Below, piece after piece: positions 25,765 through 32,000 of a stretch of 32,000 bases of DNA (its first letter is position 1; the number at the start of each line of letters is the position of its first letter). The notes beneath the pieces are model-generated. The model worked only from the letters and a program-made list of their open reading frames with translations, had not been told where the DNA came from and searched no databases. The position numbers and the translations under genes were made by a program. The stretch comes from Candidatus Nitrospira inopinata (GTDB taxonomy: Bacteria; Nitrospirota; Nitrospiria; Nitrospirales; Nitrospiraceae). The stretch lies in contig NZ_LN885086.1 of the NCBI RefSeq assembly GCF_001458695.1, positions 330,001 through 362,000 of the forward strand. The letters run 5' to 3'.

Positions 25765-25835
25765 TTCTAACACTGCGCTCCAGCGGACTGTCAAAAGCTG
25801 CGCTTTTTGCCATCCGCTGAGCTTGAACGTTAGAC
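25765..25835 (+). other. attC site 3
   Basis: TTCTAAC-ACTGCGCTCCAGCGGACTGTCAAAAGC...GCTTTTTGCCATCCGCTGAGCTTGAAC-GTTAGAC. The arms pair almost perfectly with a few bulged bases, and GTTAGAC is a perfect GTTRRRY core. Confidence 0.75.
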
Positions 25836-25847
25836 GGAAGAAAATGA

Positions 25848-26153
25848 TGCGGGGCGCGGAACGAAAGCACCGGGTACCATCATCGAACCAGAAGGCAAAG
25901 CACGTTGAAACAGGCCCGCACCACGCTCGTGCAGGAGCGACGCTGCGGCCTCAAGGACTGGCTCCCGAATAAGCCACGGGTGTTGGAGGACCCACAGACC
26001 GCGATCCCGGCCATTGCCAAGGACGCGCGTTTGATGAGTCTCATCGACAATGCGGTCCGTTCGATTCCGACTCCTCATCGCCTGCTCCTTCGAGAGGCGC
26101 GCTCTTTGGACGAGCCGAGCCCGAACTCGGTCCATCTCGTCTTGACGGCGCCT
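25848..26153 (+). pseudogene. 5' fragment of a DNA methyltransferase gene, cut within the catalytic motif
   Basis: SIPTPHRLLLREARSLDEPSPNSVHLVLTAP matches the (IPT.HRL..GD.R.L....D.SV.LV.TSPPY) N-terminus of N4/N6 methylases. It stops being methylase-like after TAP, about 10 bp before the RND gene stop. The SD+ATG at 25844 is in a different frame. Confidence 0.45.
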
Positions 26154-26162
26154 CGTCGGACA

Positions 26163-29100
26163 TCACGGTCCCTTCGCCTCGGCATGCCGTTCAAGCCACC
26201 GATACAGCACCGGCAGTACAATTAACGTTAACAGGGTGGACGAGATGAGCCCCCCGATCACCACCGTCGCGAGCGGCCGTTGGATTTCCGAACCGGGGCC
26301 GCTCGCAAGCAATAATGGCGTGAGTCCCATCGCGGCCACACAGGCGGTCATCAGGACCGGACGCAGGCGCAGCACCATGCCGGTCACGACCGCTTCATCC
26401 AGCGGCATGCCCTGTTGCCGCAACTGATTGATGAACGAGATCTTCACCGTGCCGTTCAGGACGGCGACACCGAACAGGGCGATGAATCCCACGGACGCCG
26501 GAACCGACAGATACAGTCCCCTCAGTTTCAAGGCCGCAAGTCCCCCGACCATCGCAAACGGAATCGCCAAGAGGATCAGCGCAGCCTGCCTGAATGAGCC
26601 GAACGTCAGATAGAGCAGCAACGCAATCAGCCCAATGACCAGGGGCACGACCAGGGCCAGACGGGCCATCGCCCGTCGCTGATTCTCAAACTGCCCGCCC
26701 CACGTGACGTAACAGCCCGGCGGAAGTGCCACCTGGTTGGCGACGACCCTTTGCGCTTCTTGCACGGCACCAACCAGATCGCGCCCGATCACGTTGGCCT
26801 CGATGACCAGCCGGCGGCTGGCCTGCTCCCGGCTGATTTGGGCGGGCCCTTCCACAATCCTGATGTCGGCCAACTCCCGCAAGGGAATGCGCGATCCGTC
26901 CGGCGCCGTCACCCATAGAGCGGCGATCGCTTCGACATCATTCCGCCGGTCATCCGGGAACTTGACGACGATCGGGAATCGCCACTGTCCTTCGAAGACC
27001 TCTCCCGATCCGATGCCAGGCCCGGCAGCCTTGATCACTTCGGTGATGTCCGCCACATTGATCCCGTACCGCGCGACCTTGGCTCGGTCGATGTCGAGCA
27101 TCAGATAATACAAACCCCAAACCTGCTCGACGCGCAGGTCGGAGAGCCCCCGCACGTCCCGCAAGGCACGGGCGATGTCGTCGCCCTTGGCTCGCAACGT
27201 CTCAAGGTCATTCCCGAACAGTTTGACCGCCACCTGAGACCGCACGCCTGACACCAGTTCGTCCACCCGCATCGCGATCGGCTGGGACAGCCCGAAGGCG
27301 ATACCGGGCACCTGCGCCACCAGTTGCCGCACCTGCTCTTCGATCTCGCCCTTATTTTGTGCCTGCCGTTCGGATTCGGGCTTGAGCAACACATAGAGGT
27401 CGCTCAGCTCCATCCCCATCGGATCGGTCCCCAGTTCGTTCGCGCCGGTCCTGGAGACGACCGAACGCACGTCGGGGATGGTCAAGAGCAGCCGTTCAAT
27501 CTCGCCGGTGATCGTAAGCGACTCGGTCAAGCTGATGCTCGGGAGCCGCATCACGTTCACCACGATCGATCCTTCGTCCATGATCGGCACAAACTCGCGC
27601 CCGATGAACGGCACCAGAGCCGCCCCCGCCGTCAAGATACCGACCGCGCCGATCACGACGACCGATGTCCTCCGCAAAGCCGCTTCCAAAAGGGCCCGGT
27701 ACAGCCGTCTCCCTTCCATCGAGAAGTACCGATCCTTTCGCGGCGAACGGGGTTTCAGGAGTCCGGCGGAGAGCGCGGGAATCACGGTCACCGACAGAGC
27801 CAGCGAGCTCAACAGCGCGATCACCACCGTCTGGGCCAGGGGGTGAAACATCTTCCCCTCGATCCCTTCCAGGGTCATGAGCGGCACAAAGGTCAACGCG
27901 ATAATCAATTCGCCGAACAGGCTCGGTCTCCTGACTTCCAAGACGGCGCGCAGCGCCACCGAGAGCTTCTCGGCAGGACCAAGCGGCGCGGATCGACCGA
28001 CGGATGATTCGCTCAAGTGACGTTCGACGTTTTCCACCTGCACGATCGCCGCATCGACGATCATGCCCAGCGAGACGGCCAGGCCGCCGAGCGACATCAG
28101 ATTGGCCGAGAGGCCGATCTGCCGCATGATCAGAAACGTGGCGAGCGTCGCGAGCGGCAACATCAGGGACACGACAAAGGCACCGCGCAGGTTCCTTAAG
28201 AATCCATAGAGGACGAGGACCACGACCACCGCCCCCTCCACCAACGCCCGCTCCACGGTCTCAAGGGCCCGCGCCACCAGTTCGAGCCGATCATAGAAGG
28301 GAACGATCGCGACCCCCTCCGGCAACAGTCGATTGATCAGAGCCACCTGCTCCTTGACGGCGGAGACCACTTCTCTTGAGTTTCCGCCCCGCAACATGAC
28401 GGCGATGCCTTCCATGGCCTCTCCCTTGCCGTCACGGGTCACCCCGCCCAATCGGACCGCATGACCCTGGCGGACCGTCGCCACATCCTTGAGATAGATC
28501 GGCGTGCCTCCACGAGCCGCCACGACGATCCGTTCCAAATCTTCCACGGAACGGGCCAGTCCCTGGCCATAGACCACCAGCTTGTCGCCGCCCCGTTCGA
28601 TGTAGCCCCCGTCCGCGTTCCGGTTGTTCTCCGTCACCGCCGTTTGAACCTGGCGAAGGGTGAGCCCCAGGCTGGTCAAACGGCCCGGGTCCACGAGCAC
28701 CTCATACTGTTTGGCGAGCCCCCCCAAGGTATCGACATCAGCCAGCCCCGGCACACTGCGCAACAACGGTCGAATGACCCAGTCGTGAAGCGTCCGCAGT
28801 TCTTGAAGGCTTCGACCAGGTCCTTCCACCAGATACATGAACACTTCGCTTAAGCCCGTGCTGATCGGCCCCAACATGGGCTCGATGCCTTGGGGCAGCC
28901 GGGACCGCGCCTGTATCAACCGCTCCAGCACGAGTTGCCGCGCGAAATACACATCGACCGCGTCATCGAACACGACCGTAACGACCGACAGCCCATAGCG
29001 GGATACCGAGCGCAGATCGGTTTTCCCGGGCAGATTGGTCAACTCAATTTCCAGCGGAAAGGTGACGAGCCTCTCGATTTCCGTCGGCGCCAACGAGGGG

Positions 29101-29258
29101 GCCCGCGTGATGACCTGCACCTGCACCGGCGTGATTTCCGGAAACGCATCGATCGGCAGCCGAGCAAACGAGATGAGACCTCCCACGCTCAGGGCCAGGG
29201 CGCCGAGCAGGACCAGCCACCGTTGCTCCATGGACCAGCGGATGACTCGCTCGATCAT
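26163..29258 (-). CDS. Heavy-metal efflux RND pump (CzcA/CusA superfamily)
   Basis: 1031 aa with full RND architecture. The TM4 signature is MSLGGLAVSLGMIVDAAIVQVEN. GGAGG lies 6 nt before the ATG, and the start overlaps the adaptor stop (ATGA). Confidence 0.95.
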   Translation of the reverse strand: MIERVIRWSMEQRWLVLLGALALSVGGLISFARLPIDAFPEITPVQVQVITRAPSLAPTEIERLVTFPLEIELTNLPGKTDLRSVSRYGLSVVTVVFDDAVDVYFARQLVLERLIQARSRLPQGIEPMLGPISTGLSEVFMYLVEGPGRSLQELRTLHDWVIRPLLRSVPGLADVDTLGGLAKQYEVLVDPGRLTSLGLTLRQVQTAVTENNRNADGGYIERGGDKLVVYGQGLARSVEDLERIVVAARGGTPIYLKDVATVRQGHAVRLGGVTRDGKGEAMEGIAVMLRGGNSREVVSAVKEQVALINRLLPEGVAIVPFYDRLELVARALETVERALVEGAVVVVLVLYGFLRNLRGAFVVSLMLPLATLATFLIMRQIGLSANLMSLGGLAVSLGMIVDAAIVQVENVERHLSESSVGRSAPLGPAEKLSVALRAVLEVRRPSLFGELIIALTFVPLMTLEGIEGKMFHPLAQTVVIALLSSLALSVTVIPALSAGLLKPRSPRKDRYFSMEGRRLYRALLEAALRRTSVVVIGAVGILTAGAALVPFIGREFVPIMDEGSIVVNVMRLPSISLTESLTITGEIERLLLTIPDVRSVVSRTGANELGTDPMGMELSDLYVLLKPESERQAQNKGEIEEQVRQLVAQVPGIAFGLSQPIAMRVDELVSGVRSQVAVKLFGNDLETLRAKGDDIARALRDVRGLSDLRVEQVWGLYYLMLDIDRAKVARYGINVADITEVIKAAGPGIGSGEVFEGQWRFPIVVKFPDDRRNDVEAIAALWVTAPDGSRIPLRELADIRIVEGPAQISREQASRRLVIEANVIGRDLVGAVQEAQRVVANQVALPPGCYVTWGGQFENQRRAMARLALVVPLVIGLIALLLYLTFGSFRQAALILLAIPFAMVGGLAALKLRGLYLSVPASVGFIALFGVAVLNGTVKISFINQLRQQGMPLDEAVVTGMVLRLRPVLMTACVAAMGLTPLLLASGPGSEIQRPLATVVIGGLISSTLLTLIVLPVLYRWLERHAEAKGP

Positions 29259-30478
29259 AGGGGGCCTCCGGTCGGCATCTGGTCGCGGAGGATTTCGGAT
29301 TTCAACATATAACTCCCTTCGGTCACGACCTTGTCGCCGGCCGCCAATCCTGCCTTCACTTCCACATACGGCTCGGAGATCGCGCCGAGCCGAACGTCTC
29401 GCACCTCAAATTGGCTCGGTCCACGAGGAAGAAAGACCACCGTTCGCTCGCCGACCTGCTGCACAGCCTTGCGCGGAATTGTCAGTGCCGGCTGCTCCGG
29501 CACCAGCAACGTGGCATCGACGAACATGTGGGGACGCAATCGCCGATCGGAGTTGGGAAGCTCCGCCCGCACCATGATGGTTCGGGTGGCGGGATCGATC
29601 ACGGCGCCGACATAGGTCACGGCGCCGCGAAACACTATGTCAGGGTAGGCGGAGACACGAACCTCGGCTTCCAATCCCGTTCGCAACAGGCCGGCCTGTT
29701 GCTCGGGAAAGTCCGCTCGCACCCACACAGTTGAAAGATCGGCCACGGTGAAGAGCGTTTGATTGACGTCCACGACTTCCCCGACCGTGGCATTGCGTTC
29801 GATGATGTCGCCGGCGAAGGGGGCCCGTAAAAACACCTGCGCGACCTCCGCGTGGGGCAACTCCTTGGCGGTCAACCGCTCGATCTCGCGCTCCGTCATG
29901 CCCAACAAATGAAGCTTTTCCTCGGCCTCGTCCAGATCGGCCTTGGCATTATCGAGCTCCGCCTCGCGCCGCTGATATTCGGCGGCCCCGATCGCCCCCT
30001 CGGTAAACAAGAGGCGAGCCCGTTCCAGGGCCTTTTCAGCCACGAGGGCGGCTGTTCTTCTTTTTCGATATTCCAACAACGCTTCGCCGACGGCGGGGCT
30101 GTCCAGCTTGAGGAGTGGATCGTCCGCCTTGACGCGATCGCCAAGATTGGCATACACCGCTAAAATCCGCCCCGGCACGCGCACACCCAAATGCGCCAAA
30201 CGATTTTCGTTCGGCAAAATCTTCCCCCCTTGCGCCTTCAGGGCAAGGCGGAGCGGACGGACCGCCGCCTGATCTGTTTGAATCTGAGCCAGCGCCTGGC
30301 TCTTCTCGGACAATTCAAGGAGGCCGGGCTGACTGCTTTCGGCTTCCACGCGGGGGCTTTTCTTCGGCTCGGCCTCCTCTTGCTTGGGCTGACAAGCGGG
30401 AGAGACCACCGCCAGCGCCGCGACGATCACCGTCATGAATCCTCTGCCTGAACGGAACATGTTCGAACCACACCGCAT
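29255..30478 (-). CDS. RND periplasmic adaptor (membrane fusion protein)
   Basis: AAGGGAGG lies 7 nt before the ATG at 30478. It has a coiled-coil hairpin (EYQRREAELDNAKADLDEAEEKLHLLG) plus barrel motifs (LRAPFAGDI, VWVRADFPE, VRAELPN). Confidence 0.85.
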   Translation of the reverse strand: MRCGSNMFRSGRGFMTVIVAALAVVSPACQPKQEEAEPKKSPRVEAESSQPGLLELSEKSQALAQIQTDQAAVRPLRLALKAQGGKILPNENRLAHLGVRVPGRILAVYANLGDRVKADDPLLKLDSPAVGEALLEYRKRRTAALVAEKALERARLLFTEGAIGAAEYQRREAELDNAKADLDEAEEKLHLLGMTEREIERLTAKELPHAEVAQVFLRAPFAGDIIERNATVGEVVDVNQTLFTVADLSTVWVRADFPEQQAGLLRTGLEAEVRVSAYPDIVFRGAVTYVGAVIDPATRTIMVRAELPNSDRRLRPHMFVDATLLVPEQPALTIPRKAVQQVGERTVVFLPRGPSQFEVRDVRLGAISEPYVEVKAGLAAGDKVVTEGSYMLKSEILRDQMPTGGPL

Positions 30479-30684
30479 GAAGACGCCTCCCTTCTATCCA
30501 AACGCCGCCTGCGAGCTGTCCGATGGACTAAGCCCGTGCGCTCTGACGACCGTTTCCTCAGTCCACCGGTGGAGCGACCAATATGGAATGCAAGCAGCCC
30601 CCCCGCTTCTTTCCATCAGGCGGGAAAGGGAGGGCGCGCCATCTTGCATCGGATCACGACCGCAATGGACTACGCAATGACAGG

Positions 30685-31218
30685 TTAGGCCAGAACGGGA
30701 GGAGGAGCACGGGAGAGGCGATCAGAAAGAAGGGAAACAAAGCGCGGCTTATCCTCCGTAGGTCTTCCGAAACGGACTTCGCAATCAGGAGCCGGTGATC
30801 CCGGCTGTGCAACGGCCATCGCATGGACAAGTGGAGAGGCAACCAGCCGCCGATCCGACGAGTCGCCGAGCATCGTGAGGGCGAACTCGGCATGCCGGCC
30901 TCCTCTGTGAAAGAGATGGTCCAGATCTTCAACAGCGCCGTCGGGCTCGTCCTGAGTCTGGTCACTGTCCCCGTCACGATCACCTTCACACTCAAGGTCC
31001 GGAGACCAGATGGTATGGACGAGGCTACCGTGGGCATGCCCTTCTTTCCCGTGCTGGTGATCCGCTTCGGGATGCACGTGAACGAAGGGAACCGCCAGCA
31101 CCCAGAGTCCGACCCACGCGAGCACCATCAAGCGAAAGAGCCGATTGTTCCGGAACCGAGATCGCATGATGAGGACACCATACCACCGCCGAGCATTCGC
31201 GACAATCGTGTCCCTCAC
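30685..31218 (-). CDS. Hypothetical membrane-anchored His/Asp-rich protein
   Basis: The GTG at 31218 overlaps the ATPase stop (GTGA); an alternative ATG is at 31167. There is one TM helix ([20 protein letters not shown]), then [22 protein letters not shown] and an acidic tract. Confidence 0.5.
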   Translation of the reverse strand: MRDTIVANARRWYGVLIMRSRFRNNRLFRLMVLAWVGLWVLAVPFVHVHPEADHQHGKEGHAHGSLVHTIWSPDLECEGDRDGDSDQTQDEPDGAVEDLDHLFHRGGRHAEFALTMLGDSSDRRLVASPLVHAMAVAQPGSPAPDCEVRFGRPTEDKPRFVSLLSDRLSRAPPPVLA

Positions 31219-32000
31219 AGCTCCACCCTTCGCAACCGCAGCGCGTTCGTGATGACAGAGACCGAGCTGAACGTCATGGCGGCGCTCGCGAACATGGGAC
31301 TGAGCAGCAACCCCACGAACGGATAGAGGACGCCCGCCGCCACCGGCACCCCCACCATGTTGTAGGCGAAGGCGAAGAAGAGATTCTGCCTGATGTTCCG
31401 CATCGTCGCCTTGCTCAAGCGCATGGCCCGCACGAGGGCGCGGAGATCGCCTTTGATCAAGGTCATTCCGGCGCTTTCAATAGCGATTCCCGCCCCGGTC
31501 CCCATCGCGATGCCCACGTCGGCCAGGGCCAGCGCCGGCGCATCGTTGACGCCGTCGCCGGCCATCGCCACGACGCGTCCCTCCGCCTTGAGCTTGGCCA
31601 CCACCGCTCCTTTTTGATCGGGCAGCACGCCGGCGATGACTTGGTCCAAGCCAAGTTTCCTGCCGACCGACTCGGCGGTCTGCCGATGGTCACCCGTCAA
31701 CATGATCAGCTTGAGCCCCTCCGCCTTCAGCATGGCGACCGCCTCCGCCGTCGAAGGCTTGATCGGATCTGACACACCGAGCAATCCCGCCGGTTTGCCA
31801 TCGACGGCCACAAAGACGACCGTGTGCCCGTCCTGCCTCAGCTTCTCCGCCTCGGCGTCAAGTCGCTCCAGCTCGTTCGACTCCTCTTCGACCACTTCGC
31901 GAAGGAACGACAACGTTCCGACCGCCACCCTTTTACCCTCGACGATGCCGGACACCCCCTTGCCGGTCAGCGACCGGAACTGCGTGCCCGTCGTCAATCG
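31215..32000 (-). CDS. Heavy-metal translocating P-type ATPase, C-terminal part (gene runs off the right edge)
   Basis: MLTGD, the [11 protein letters not shown] hinge motif and the last two TM helices are present, and the protein ends ...ALRLRRVEL. Confidence 0.9.
   Translation of the reverse strand, partial: RLTTGTQFRSLTGKGVSGIVEGKRVAVGTLSFLREVVEEESNELERLDAEAEKLRQDGHTVVFVAVDGKPAGLLGVSDPIKPSTAEAVAMLKAEGLKLIMLTGDHRQTAESVGRKLGLDQVIAGVLPDQKGAVVAKLKAEGRVVAMAGDGVNDAPALALADVGIAMGTGAGIAIESAGMTLIKGDLRALVRAMRLSKATMRNIRQNLFFAFAYNMVGVPVAAGVLYPFVGLLLSPMFASAAMTFSSVSVITNALRLRRVEL

Noticed and set aside
27324-29577. + strand ORFs antisense to the second RND pump and adaptor
   Set aside because: They are shadow ORFs opposite clearly recognisable RND and adaptor genes.

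Overview
This is a G+C-rich bacterial chromosomal segment dominated by metal-homeostasis genes, with a decayed integron in the middle. I cannot assign a phylum from sequence alone.

Left end, minus strand (1-2251): a DUF3842-like gene, nikR, a ChrR-like cupin anti-sigma factor and an ECF sigma factor. This is followed by about 0.8 kb of apparent gene debris.

Plus strand (3204-7374): an operon of unknown function encoding a small lipoprotein, a DUF4331 protein, a TPR protein and a HupE/UreJ-like membrane protein.

Minus strand (18694 down to 7538): one long copper/silver cluster. In transcription order it runs small secreted protein, cusC, cusB, cusA, copA (multicopper oxidase), copB, then an HtrA-type protease.

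18.7-26.2 kb is a mosaic accessory region:
- a frameshifted RAYT/IS200-like pseudogene;
- a hicBA toxin-antitoxin pair;
- a 684-bp perfect second copy of the copA-5'/cusA-3' junction;
- an N-terminally truncated integron integrase whose catalytic Tyr is replaced by Asp;
- downstream of it and on the same strand, at least three attC-bounded cassettes. These carry a lipoprotein gene with an in-frame TAA, a methyltransferase plus putative restriction endonuclease pair, a second lipoprotein, and a methyltransferase fragment cut off about 10 bp from the next operon.

Right end, minus strand (26163-32000): a P-type ATPase (partial), a His-rich membrane protein, an RND adaptor and an RND pump.

I found no rRNA, tRNA or CRISPR array. 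Most long ORFs antisense to these genes are GC-driven shadow ORFs.
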